A stretch of 64,000 nt of DNA. Source: an uncultured Eubacteriales bacterium. GTDB taxonomy: Bacteria > Actinomycetota > Coriobacteriia > Anaerosomatales > JAAXUF01. A program made the translations under genes and the position numbers. The notes under the pieces are model-generated. The model ran no database searches. It was not told the origin of the DNA and saw only the letters and a program-made list of their open reading frames with translations. This document shows, piece after piece, positions 16,171 to 24,785 of this stretch (positions within the stretch are counted from its first letter, which is position 1; each line of letters opens with the position of its first letter). The stretch is taken from positions 192,930 to 256,929 of the forward strand of contig CAZFRE010000002.1 in the NCBI GenBank assembly GCA_964521195.1, given 5' to 3'.

Positions 16171-18591
16171 CTACGCGCTGCGCTCGGCGAGGATCTGCAG
16201 GTACGCCTCGACCAGCTCGGCGTCGAACTGCGTACCCGCGTTGTCCGCGAGTTCCCTGCGCGCGGCGGTCTCCGACAGGCCCTCGCGGTAGGGGCGGTCG
16301 GACACCATCGCGTTGTAGGAGTCGGCGATCGAGATGATGCGCGCACCGATCGGGATCGCCGCACCCGAGATGCCGCTGGGGTAGCCCTTGCCGTCGGGCC
16401 GCTCGTGGTGGAAGAGGATCAGCGGCACCACGTCGTTCAAGAAGCTCAGCGGCGCGAGGATGTCGGCACCGATGGTGGGGTGGTGGTTGATGATGTGCCG
16501 CTCCTCGTCCGTGAGCGCGCCGGGCTTGTTGAGGATCGCCCCGTCGATACCGATCTTGCCGATGTCGTGGAGCAGCGCGGCGAGGCGCACCGTGTCGACC
16601 TCCGACGCCGGCAGGCCGATCCTCTCGGCGAGCGCGACCGCGTGGTCGGTGACTTCGTTGGAGTGGCCGTACGTGTGAGGGTCCTTCGCGTCGACCGCCG
16701 CCGCCAGAGCGCTGATGGTGCCGATGAACGTGCTCTCGAGGTCGTCGTAGAGTCGCGCGTTCTGGATCGCCACCGCGAGTTGGCCGGCGAACGACGTGAC
16801 CACGTTGAGGCTGTCCGATGAGAACGGTTCGCCCGGGCCGATGCGGTTGAGGTTGATGACGCCGATGACCTCGTCCTTGAAGATGACGGGTGCCGTGATC
16901 GCCGAGGCGACCCCGCCTCGCCCTTCTGCCACGAGACGCGGGTCGTTCTCGTCGACGAGGACGAGCGCTCGCCGCGATGCAGCGACCCAGCCGGAGATCC
17001 CGTCGCCCATGTGGACGTCGGACGGGGCTCCACCGTCTCCCGCGGGCAGCCCGTGCGATGCGGCGACGCTGAGCGTGCCGGTCTCCTTCTCCAGCAGCAT
17101 GATCGAGCCGGTGTCCGCCCCGGTGACCTTCGCCACCTCCGCCAGGGCCGTCTCGATGACCGTCTGCAGCCCGATGTCGGCACCCAGCGTGGTTGCCAGC
17201 TGGTTCAGCGCCACCAGTTCGCTGACGCGCTGGTTGCGCTCGTAGAAGAGCCGCGCGTTGCGCATCGACACGGCGATCTGCGACGCGAGGATCGTGAGGA
17301 ACCTGACGTCTTGTTCCGAGAACATCTTGCCCGTCGACTTCTCGCCGAGCAGTACCGCTCCAAGCTGGATCGAGTTCGCGGTGAGCGGCACGACGACGCG
17401 CACCCCGGCCTGTGCGAAGGCCGACGCTTGGTCGGTGAGCTCGTCGAGCTCGTCTACGACGATGATGTCGTTGGCGGGGACGTGTTCCAGCAGGCCGGCG
17501 AGATCGGCGGTCGGCACCTGTCCGCCGGAGGTCACGACGTCGTGACCGCCCGAGTGCGTGTAGATGACGGCGGTGAACGAGAGGCGCATCTCGTGGGCGA
17601 GCCGCGTCGCCACGACCGTGGACAGCTCCCCCAGGTCCAGCGTCGCCGTCACCTGGCGTCCCAGCTGGCCGAGCAGGACGTCCGGGTCGTACGTCCGGCT
17701 CGACAGGAACCGGTCCCCCGCGCGTTCGAGCCACCGGCGCAGCGGCTGGAAGCCGAGCACGGCGAGCAGGGCGATCACGAAGACGACGATCTCGGACTCG
17801 ATCCCGGTGGCGCGTGAGATGGACTCGCGGCTCGCCTCGGCGATCGCCACGACCAACGCGCCCGCGAGTCCCACGATGATCGAGTACGCGGCACCGCGCA
17901 GGACGACGAAGTTCACGTCGAGCAGGCGGTGACGCGCGATCGCGTATGCGGTCGGAAGGAGGAAGGCGAGCGTCGCGAGCGGGATGAAGCGGGCGTATTC
18001 GTTGGTGCCCGTCAGTATCGGCAGGATGCCGGTGATCATGATGGTCGATGTCGCGAAGGCCGCGAGTCCGATGTAAAGATACGCAAGCTGAGCCTGCTGG
18101 CGAGCGTCGGCCTCGCGGAAGTTCCGGTAGAACGTGAGGGCGAGCAGAGCAAGGCAGACGAAGCCCCACGCCACGAACACCGCGTACAGCGGTCCGAGGA
18201 TGACGTTGGTGCCCCAACTCATGAACTCGATCCCCTGGACCATGAGCGGCGTGAACGAGAGCAGCGCGAGCGGGACCGAGAAGCTGATCAGCACGCGCCA
18301 CAGCCACGACAGCCGGGCCTGCACCTTGGGGTAGGTCGCGCCGAACGCGAGCATGACTCCGGCCACGACCGCACCGGCAGCAACGGTGGCCCTGTTGAGG
18401 AAGAGGGCGTACGGGTAGAGCGCGGGCTGGTCGCTCATGAAGTTCGCGATCATCCACAGCGCGAGCGCAGCCGCGGTCGCGGCGAACAGGCGGTGAGTGC
18501 GGCTGTGCCGATTCCGCTGGAGCACGGCGACGCCGAGGCCTATGTCGAGAGTCGACACGGCCACAACGACGGTGAACTGAAGCACATCCAT
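16171..18591 (-). CDS. Membrane sensor with GAF domains and a C-terminal HD-GYP domain (c-di-GMP phosphodiesterase type)
   Basis: 806 aa. About 7 N-terminal TM helices and two GAF-like regions. HD-GYP motifs: DAKDPHTYGHSNEV, LHDIGKIGI, HHERPDGKGYPSG. Confidence 0.85.
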   Translation of the reverse strand: MDVLQFTVVVAVSTLDIGLGVAVLQRNRHSRTHRLFAATAAALALWMIANFMSDQPALYPYALFLNRATVAAGAVVAGVMLAFGATYPKVQARLSWLWRVLISFSVPLALLSFTPLMVQGIEFMSWGTNVILGPLYAVFVAWGFVCLALLALTFYRNFREADARQQAQLAYLYIGLAAFATSTIMITGILPILTGTNEYARFIPLATLAFLLPTAYAIARHRLLDVNFVVLRGAAYSIIVGLAGALVVAIAEASRESISRATGIESEIVVFVIALLAVLGFQPLRRWLERAGDRFLSSRTYDPDVLLGQLGRQVTATLDLGELSTVVATRLAHEMRLSFTAVIYTHSGGHDVVTSGGQVPTADLAGLLEHVPANDIIVVDELDELTDQASAFAQAGVRVVVPLTANSIQLGAVLLGEKSTGKMFSEQDVRFLTILASQIAVSMRNARLFYERNQRVSELVALNQLATTLGADIGLQTVIETALAEVAKVTGADTGSIMLLEKETGTLSVAASHGLPAGDGGAPSDVHMGDGISGWVAASRRALVLVDENDPRLVAEGRGGVASAITAPVIFKDEVIGVINLNRIGPGEPFSSDSLNVVTSFAGQLAVAIQNARLYDDLESTFIGTISALAAAVDAKDPHTYGHSNEVTDHAVALAERIGLPASEVDTVRLAALLHDIGKIGIDGAILNKPGALTDEERHIINHHPTIGADILAPLSFLNDVVPLILFHHERPDGKGYPSGISGAAIPIGARIISIADSYNAMVSDRPYREGLSETAARRELADNAGTQFDAELVEAYLQILAERSA

Positions 18592-18699
18592 GTGAACCCG
18601 ATCTTCGACTCTCGCCGCGACGACCGTTGGGTGGATTCTACACGCCGATGACCGGCCTCACACGCGCGCGGTGCAGCGGAATCGGCTAGGCTGTCGCGC

Positions 18700-19698
18700 A
18701 TGGCTGACACAGCGACAGACAGCACCCCCGGCGGCGAGCCCCCCCTCGCTGCGACCACCCCTGCCGCTGCGGGGCAGCGCAACGACGTCGTCGATGCGCT
18801 CAAGTACTTCGCTATCGCACTCGTCGTGTTCACGCACGTGCTCAGGTTGCGCCGGGAGTTCATCACGTTGAGTCCGGACCTGCTCAGGGTGATCGTCTCG
18901 TTCAACATGCCGCTGTTCACGTTCTTGAGCGGCTGGGTGCTCGCGGGCCGAGAAGGCAAGCGGCCACTCGTGTTCATGAAGAACAAGGCCCTCGGGCTGT
19001 TGGTCCCCTACGTCGCGTGGATCGCGGTGGAGATGCCGTTGCGCCACGTGCCGCCATCCGGCTATCTTGCCCGGCTCGGGAACGCGCTACTCAACCCGAT
19101 GTATGGCATGCAGATGTGGTTCCTGTGGGCGCTGTTCTGGATGTTCGCCGTATTCACGTTGGGCCGCGTGGTGAGCAGGTCGGACTGGTGGACCGCGGGG
19201 TTGGCGCTCGCGGTGGGGTCGATCGCGTTCTTTCTCCCGGGAGGCGCGAACGGTCTGGATCGGGTCACGTGGCTCTACCCGTACCTGATCCTGGGGTACC
19301 TGGCGTCGAAGCACCGGCTGGCGCTGAGCCGCTTCGATGCTCCCGTCACCGCGCTCGCCATGCTGGCGTTCGGCGCGTTGAGCTTCGTGAAGACCCGGCT
19401 CCTCCCGCTGCAGTTCGCCACGGGCGTGGCTGGTACCGTGTCGGCGAGCGGGATATTCCGCTTCATGCCGCCCGCGATCCCGCGCGCGCTCGCGCCTCTC
19501 GGCAGACGGACCTTGGGCGTGTACGGGTGGCAGATGGTCGTCTTCCCGTTCCTGATCGTCGGTCAGGGATGGGGAGGCGCGATCGCGTCATGGGCGATCG
19601 TGCTGACCGTTTCCACGGTGCTGGCACTCGTGCTGGACCGGTTCACGATCACAAGGGCCGTCTTCCTCGGCCAGTGGCCGAGAAGGGCGCGCGCGTAG
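18700..19698 (+). CDS. Acyltransferase family 3 (OafA-like) integral membrane protein
   Basis: 332 aa. The N-terminal motif (DALKYFAIALVVFTHV) and about 10 TM helices are typical of acyltransferase_3. Confidence 0.75.
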   Translation: MADTATDSTPGGEPPLAATTPAAAGQRNDVVDALKYFAIALVVFTHVLRLRREFITLSPDLLRVIVSFNMPLFTFLSGWVLAGREGKRPLVFMKNKALGLLVPYVAWIAVEMPLRHVPPSGYLARLGNALLNPMYGMQMWFLWALFWMFAVFTLGRVVSRSDWWTAGLALAVGSIAFFLPGGANGLDRVTWLYPYLILGYLASKHRLALSRFDAPVTALAMLAFGALSFVKTRLLPLQFATGVAGTVSASGIFRFMPPAIPRALAPLGRRTLGVYGWQMVVFPFLIVGQGWGGAIASWAIVLTVSTVLALVLDRFTITRAVFLGQWPRRARA

Positions 19699-19723
19699 GC
19701 CGTCGCATCCGGTGGCGCCGCGG

Positions 19724-20557
19724 CTACGCGCCAGCGGTCGCCGGTTCCGCGGCGGGGGTCTCGTGACCGTGACCGTGAGCGTCCGGATTGACCTCGAGTT
19801 CCTTAAGACCGAAGAAGTCCAGCGCGCACGGCACGTCCACCGACGCCGCCAGGTACAGGTGCACCGTGGTCATGATGATGAACAGCCAGTTGAGGACGTA
19901 GTGCGCGGTGCGCGTGACCCACAGCGCCGATGCGGCGCTGCCGAGAACCGCTCCGAGGTTCCAGCCGATCATCAGCTGGCTGACCGTCTGTCCGACGAAC
20001 GGGACCGTCCACTTGAGCAGGGCGAGCCCGGTGATGGCCTGCGCGATCATCATGTACAGGAACAGGTTGTACGACATCTTCTGCAGCACGTTGTACTTCG
20101 CGACATGCGGTTTCTTGTTGCTGAAGTAGCCGTAGTAGGCGAGCACGCCGATGGCGGACTGCAGGTCCTTCTTGCCGATGGCGAACTCGCGCCAGTCGGC
20201 GTTGGTCTTGGAGAAGAACGCATACCAGACGCGCCAGATGAGCACGACGATGACGATGATCATGAAGACGTAGTGCGTGTTGCGCATGATCGTCCGGGCG
20301 CCGTAGAAGAACGGGAAGCGCAGGTACATACCGGTGAAGCCGAGGATGATCATCGAGGTCATGTGCACGAAGTGAAGCACCTTCGGCGTCGCTGGCGGAC
20401 GGGACTCGTGCTCCGGCCAGTGGCCTTCGATGAAGGACTTGCGGAACCGTCCCTTGATGACGAACAGCGAGAAGTGGAACACCAGAAAGGCCAGCACGAA
20501 CAGGTAGAGCGCGGTGAACACCACGTCAAGCCAGACGTTGAACTGCACGAGTGTCAT
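19724..20557 (-). CDS. b-type cytochrome membrane subunit (Ni/Fe-hydrogenase / formate dehydrogenase gamma-like, cytochrome b561 family)
   Basis: Start at ATG 20557 (MTLVQFNVWLD). Four TM helices with conserved His positions (HFVHMT, RNTHYVF, TAHYVLNW, VHLYL). No partner catalytic subunits are nearby. Confidence 0.65.
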   Translation of the reverse strand: MTLVQFNVWLDVVFTALYLFVLAFLVFHFSLFVIKGRFRKSFIEGHWPEHESRPPATPKVLHFVHMTSMIILGFTGMYLRFPFFYGARTIMRNTHYVFMIIVIVVLIWRVWYAFFSKTNADWREFAIGKKDLQSAIGVLAYYGYFSNKKPHVAKYNVLQKMSYNLFLYMMIAQAITGLALLKWTVPFVGQTVSQLMIGWNLGAVLGSAASALWVTRTAHYVLNWLFIIMTTVHLYLAASVDVPCALDFFGLKELEVNPDAHGHGHETPAAEPATAGA

Positions 20558-20623
20558 CTTGAAGCCCCCAAAGCCTGCCGGTTTCTGTTCGTTCCCCTGC
20601 CGCGAGATGCTCGGCACCAGACG

Positions 20624-20648
20624 GTGGCTACAGCATACATGTAGCCAC
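20624..20648. promoter_or_regulatory. Inverted repeat GTGGCTACA-N7-TGTAGCCAC in the cytochrome b / wHTH divergent region
   Basis: The 9-bp perfect arms were read directly. The repeat lies about 70 nt upstream of the cytochrome b start. Confidence 0.45.
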
Positions 20649-20786
20649 GGGTGATTCTTCGACAATCATCGCGCGGCACCTCTTCGACGGATGCGGATTG
20701 ACCGGTGCCGGCTATCGGCGTGCGTGTGCCGCGCGCCCGATGGGGTATCTAGCCTCACACGGAACATCCGACAAGAAGGAGGTCTC

Positions 20787-20963
20787 ATGGACGTGAAGCA
20801 GCAGGTCATTGATGCGATGAAGGCCGCCGGTGAGCCGCTCAACGCCGGCAAGATAGCCGAGATGACCGGTCTTGACCGCAAGGACGTCGACAAGGCCATG
20901 AACGAACTCAAGAAGACGGGCGACATCGTCTCTCCCAAGCGCTGCTACTGGGAGCCGAAGTAG
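20787..20963 (+). CDS. Small (58 aa) winged-helix DNA-binding protein
   Basis: ATG 20787 is preceded by AAGGAGG. The sequence MDVKQQVIDAMKAAGEPLNAGKIAEMTGLDRKDVDKAMNELKKTGDIVSPKRCYWEP has an HTH plus wing pattern. It is followed by two strong hairpins. Confidence 0.65.
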   Translation: MDVKQQVIDAMKAAGEPLNAGKIAEMTGLDRKDVDKAMNELKKTGDIVSPKRCYWEPK

Positions 20964-20965
20964 CC

Positions 20966-21038
20966 GCTGCCCGCCGGCATGGCGGGCAGCCCGTGAACAG
21001 CCGAGAAGGCGCCGCGCATGATGCGTGCGGCGCCTTCT
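20966..21038 (+). terminator. Two consecutive GC-rich hairpins after the wHTH gene
   Basis: GCTGCCCGCC (20966-75) / GGCGGGCAGC (20981-90), and AGAAGGCGCCGCGCAT / ATGCGTGCGGCGCCTTCT (21004-21038) followed by GTGTTG. Confidence 0.6.
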
Positions 21039-21185
21039 GTGTTGCCGGGGAGGGCACAGCCACCGCTCTGAGCTGGTGAGAAAGGATCCGGCAAGGTCCG
21101 GGTTGGGCTCCCGCGCTTCGATGTCGTCGCGACGCATGCGGCCGCGCGTCGCACGTGACGACGGGCATCGTGGAGAGGGGGAGCG

Positions 21186-21839
21186 ATGAGAGGTGTGAAG
21201 GTCGCCGGCATGGTGGTGCTTGCGACGATGATCGGAGCGATGACCGCGGGGTACGCGGCAGCGTGGACGACCGGCTCGGACTACATCGGAATCGTGTGTA
21301 CGAAGAGCTGCGGGCAGCAGGACTACAACAACTGGTGTGGGGTGGCCTCGAGCCATGCGGTCCTGCACACGCTCGGCAAGACCGCTTCACAGGCGACGCT
21401 GGCATCCAAGTACGGCGTGGGCAAGTCAGATGGCAGCGCAGTCGCGATAGAGAAGATCCCGGGTGTGCTCAACGGGTATGTGACGAAGTTCGACTACGTG
21501 CACGTCGCGCGCACCAGCATCAACTCGGCGAGCCTGATGGCGAGCATCGCGCAGTTCGCCACGGACAACGGATACATGGGCATCCCGTGTGTGAATCCGT
21601 ACCCGTACACCAACTCCCTCGGCCAGACATCACCCGGTCTGCCCACCTACTCCGGCACGTCGCGGGGTGGGCACTACGTCGTGCTGCGTGGTTACAACAA
21701 CACGTCCACCAGCCAGAAGGTCTACTACTGGGATCCGCACTACGACGACGACCACTACGGCTACCATTCGGCTTCAGCGAGCACCTTCTGGAAGTGCATG
21801 TACTACAAGAACTGGGGCAGCCAGGGAGTCGTGTACTAG
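21186..21839 (+). CDS. Secreted papain-like cysteine peptidase, C39-like (Peptidase_C39_2-type) domain
   Basis: RBS GGAGAGGGGGAG. Signal peptide MRGVKVAGMVVLATMIGAMTAGYAAA. Candidate nucleophile in QDYNNWCGVASSHAVL and His in GGHYVVLRGY, followed by YYWDPHY. Confidence 0.65.
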   Translation: MRGVKVAGMVVLATMIGAMTAGYAAAWTTGSDYIGIVCTKSCGQQDYNNWCGVASSHAVLHTLGKTASQATLASKYGVGKSDGSAVAIEKIPGVLNGYVTKFDYVHVARTSINSASLMASIAQFATDNGYMGIPCVNPYPYTNSLGQTSPGLPTYSGTSRGGHYVVLRGYNNTSTSQKVYYWDPHYDDDHYGYHSASASTFWKCMYYKNWGSQGVVY

Positions 21840-21841
21840 CC

Positions 21842-22726
21842 GTGGGCACGCAGGAGAAGCGACCGATCGTCGTGATCGCGGGCGCGGTGCTGGGCCTCGC
21901 GTGGGCACTGACGTCGCTCGTCGTGAGGGTGCTGGCGCTGCCGAGATGGCTGGCCCTCGGCACGGGGATCGAGGACGGCTGGCGCTGGCGTCTGGTCGCC
22001 GGCACGCTGCTCCTCCCGGTGTCGGTCGGCGAGTGGCCGATGCACGCGACGGCGGCGGTCGACGCGGTGGGCGCGGGTACCGCGGTCTTCGTCGTCGCGT
22101 GCCTTGCGGGGGTCGTCCTGGGCGCGCTGCTGGCAGCAGCGCTGACCGCACGACGCTGGAGGGCCGTTGCGATCGGCATGGCGTCGTGTGCGCTGGTGCT
22201 CGGCATCATCGGCGCCGGCGCGCTCACGGACCAGCTGACGAGGCTCGTCTCGGCGGAGCGGGAGTTCTTCGCACTGGTGGCGCCGGCGGCGAGACCGAGT
22301 CGTGACCCTGCCACAGTCCGAGGCGCCCGGGAGTTCGCCGTGCGCAATCGGGACTCGAGGTGGGCGGGCGAGGCACTTCGCATCGTGGCGATGGCCGAGG
22401 CCGAGCAGGGCCGTCCGAGACACGCCGCGCAGATCTGGGAGCGATTCGGGTCGAGGTTCTCGGACCGCACGGCTCCGGGTGTCGCGTACGCGCACTACAA
22501 CGTCGGGCTGTGCGCCGAGACGGTGCGAGATGTGGGCGCGGCGGCGCGGGCCTATCGGCTCGCCGTCGAGACCATCGCGGTGCGCGACGACGGTATCCAG
22601 TCGTGGATCGCGCCGGAGGCCGCCCGAGAACTGGCGCGGCTCGACCGGGAGCGTGGCCGCTTCGAGCTGGCGCGGTATTGGACTGCACGTTCAGAGGCAC
22701 TGTCGGGTGCCTTGTCGATTGAGTGA
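21842..22726 (+). CDS. Membrane protein (about 4 TM) with a helical-repeat (TPR-like) C-terminal domain
   Basis: GTG at 21842, 2 nt after the peptidase stop and in frame with listed ORF 21155..22726. The hydrophobic N-terminal half is followed by an Ala/Arg-rich helical region (AEQGRPRHAAQIWERF...YNVGLCAE...AYRLAVE). Confidence 0.5.
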   Translation: MGTQEKRPIVVIAGAVLGLAWALTSLVVRVLALPRWLALGTGIEDGWRWRLVAGTLLLPVSVGEWPMHATAAVDAVGAGTAVFVVACLAGVVLGALLAAALTARRWRAVAIGMASCALVLGIIGAGALTDQLTRLVSAEREFFALVAPAARPSRDPATVRGAREFAVRNRDSRWAGEALRIVAMAEAEQGRPRHAAQIWERFGSRFSDRTAPGVAYAHYNVGLCAETVRDVGAAARAYRLAVETIAVRDDGIQSWIAPEAARELARLDRERGRFELARYWTARSEALSGALSIE

Positions 22727-22739
22727 AGGAGTGAGGGGG

Positions 22740-23843
22740 ATGGTCGAAGGAACGGCACGTCGTGTTGCGCTGTTCGGGACGCTTGGGCTGGTGGTGGCGC
22801 TCGCGGGATCGGCCGCGTTCGGGATCCGGCACCAGGCCGCGTATGCGGAGCAGATTCGCCGCCGATGTGTAGAGCGATTCGACGAGCACGGGGCGTGGAA
22901 GGCGCGACTGAAGATCACCGACGAGGGTTCGAACGGTGTGCGCACGACGTGTGCGGAGGAGCTGCTCGTCCGAAGGCCGGGGGAGTATCGACTCAAGGTC
23001 GAGGAGAAGGCGCCGAACGGAGCCACCGTCGTCTCGACGACGATCCGCACGCGCGAGGCACTCTATACGCGACGTGAGTCGCCGGAAGGTCGCACCGAGT
23101 TGCACGTCGTTCGCGGCATGCGGCCGAGCCTCGGTGTCGAGTACGACAACCTGCTCGGGCAGACGGTGGAGGCCGTGCAGTCGGCCGACGAGCTGCGGAT
23201 CGTCGAGAGCGGCGGACGTGGAGGACGCCGCGCCGACAAGCTGGAACTCGGTCCCGGCAGCTACGTATGGGTCGATCGCGGTACGGGACTGCCGGTCGAG
23301 GAGCAACTCGTGTCGAAGGGGCGAGTCGTCCACTCCGTGACCGTCGAGGAGTTCAGCGCTGAAGCGGGAATCGCCGATGCGCTGTTCGATCCGGTGTCGC
23401 TCGGTGACGCCGACGAGACCGTTGTGGAAGACCTGGGGTTCCGGCGCAGCGCCGATCCTGCTGCTGCATCGGGTACGCTCGGCTTCACGCCGGACTCCGT
23501 GGCACCGCCGCGCGGCTTCGCGAGGATCGACGGCGGGTTCATGGATCCCGAGGCGTCAGGCGCTGAGGGCCCGAACGAAGCGGCATGGGTCGACAGCTTC
23601 GCGCGCGGGGAGGAGCAGATCCTCGTCACGCAGGTGGCATGGCACGGGGCGAGCGATGTGCTGGACGTTGAGGCGGGTGATCCCACCCAGAAGCAGGTCG
23701 ATCTGGCGGGTGTTTCAGTCGTGCTGACGGCATCGGAATCCGGCGCGCAGATCACGTTCGTGCGTCGAGGCATACTGACGACGATAGAAGCGGACCTTGC
23801 CGGTGCGGAACTGCTCGCGCTCGCTGAACCGTTGGTCCGGTAG
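22740..23843 (+). CDS. Membrane-anchored LolA-like / DUF4367-like protein
   Basis: ATG 22740 follows GGAGTGAGGGGG. N-terminal TM anchor. The middle beta-rich region resembles the LolA/RseB fold. The C-terminal part (FTPDSVAPPRGFARI...VTQVAWHG...ITFVRRGILTTIEADL) resembles DUF4367. Confidence 0.5.
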   Translation: MVEGTARRVALFGTLGLVVALAGSAAFGIRHQAAYAEQIRRRCVERFDEHGAWKARLKITDEGSNGVRTTCAEELLVRRPGEYRLKVEEKAPNGATVVSTTIRTREALYTRRESPEGRTELHVVRGMRPSLGVEYDNLLGQTVEAVQSADELRIVESGGRGGRRADKLELGPGSYVWVDRGTGLPVEEQLVSKGRVVHSVTVEEFSAEAGIADALFDPVSLGDADETVVEDLGFRRSADPAAASGTLGFTPDSVAPPRGFARIDGGFMDPEASGAEGPNEAAWVDSFARGEEQILVTQVAWHGASDVLDVEAGDPTQKQVDLAGVSVVLTASESGAQITFVRRGILTTIEADLAGAELLALAEPLVR

Positions 23844-23861
23844 CAGGGGGACGGGGGACTC

Positions 23862-24785
23862 ATGAGTCGCATACGGTATGGGGCCGTCGTGGCGGTCGGG
23901 GCACTGGTCGTCACGGTGTGCGCGGGATGTGCAGGAGGGACTGGGCGTGGAACGTCGGGCCCAGCCGACTCGCCACCGGCCCCTGCCGAAGCGACGGGAA
24001 TCGCTTTCGTCAGCGACGGCCGCGTGCGCGTGATCGAGAAGGGCGAGGTGCGCACGGCCGACGTCGGCCAGGGCGAGGTGGTCGCGATCGCAGCCACCGC
24101 GGACCGGCTCAAGTTGCTGGTGACGCTGGCAAGCGGGGCGCGCCGCTCGGTGGTGTCCCTCGACCCGGCAGACGGGTCGCACCGGACGCTCGCATCGACG
24201 GACGAGGGAAGCGCGTTCGGAGCGGTACGGTCTTCGGGATCGGGCGATGGAGCACGCCTGTACCGCTCGTCGTACGGCGACCCCGGTGCGCTCCTGTTCT
24301 CGACCACGGCGGGCGACGACAGCGGGTGGGAGCGTGCGTCGCTCGAACAGCTGTTCAGCGGAGAGTTCGACGTGGATGGGCGCGGCACGCTCGTCTACAC
24401 GGGCACGCAGCAGAACCCCGCTGTGGTGATCGGTCGGGAGCGTGGTGTCGAGCATCCTGTGAAGACGGGGCTCGCCACCGCGTTCTCGCCGGCGCTTTCC
24501 GCGCACGGGGCGTGGCTGTGCCTGACAGGCAGTAGCTCGGCTGAGGAACCGATGGCCGTGTGGCTCATCTCCCTACGGGGGCTCGAGCCGGTGAGGCTCG
24601 AGCACACCGCCGGGCGCACGCCGACCTACCCCGTGTTCTCGCCCGATGGAGCGAGCGTCGCGTTTCGTAGCGGCGCCGACGGCACGATCTGGATCGCTCC
24701 CGTCGACGGCAGGCCGGCGCACTCGCTGGGAATCGCCGTCGACGACACCCCGATCGCGTGGACAGGAGTGGCCACGGGGCCCTAG
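23862..24785 (+). CDS. Lipoprotein-like TolB/PD40-type beta-propeller protein
   Basis: Signal peptide with a Cys-containing lipobox-like segment (VVTVCAGCAGG). PD40-like motifs (YPVFSPDGASVAFRSGADGTIWI; FSPALSAHGAWL). Confidence 0.55.
   Translation: MSRIRYGAVVAVGALVVTVCAGCAGGTGRGTSGPADSPPAPAEATGIAFVSDGRVRVIEKGEVRTADVGQGEVVAIAATADRLKLLVTLASGARRSVVSLDPADGSHRTLASTDEGSAFGAVRSSGSGDGARLYRSSYGDPGALLFSTTAGDDSGWERASLEQLFSGEFDVDGRGTLVYTGTQQNPAVVIGRERGVEHPVKTGLATAFSPALSAHGAWLCLTGSSSAEEPMAVWLISLRGLEPVRLEHTAGRTPTYPVFSPDGASVAFRSGADGTIWIAPVDGRPAHSLGIAVDDTPIAWTGVATGP

Noticed and set aside
20743-20750. GGGGTATC half-site upstream of the wHTH gene as proof of a regulon
   Set aside because: An 8-mer of this composition is expected roughly twice per 64 kb on both strands by my rough estimate, and the left half is not palindromic here. 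It is mentioned only as a lead under the palindrome finding.
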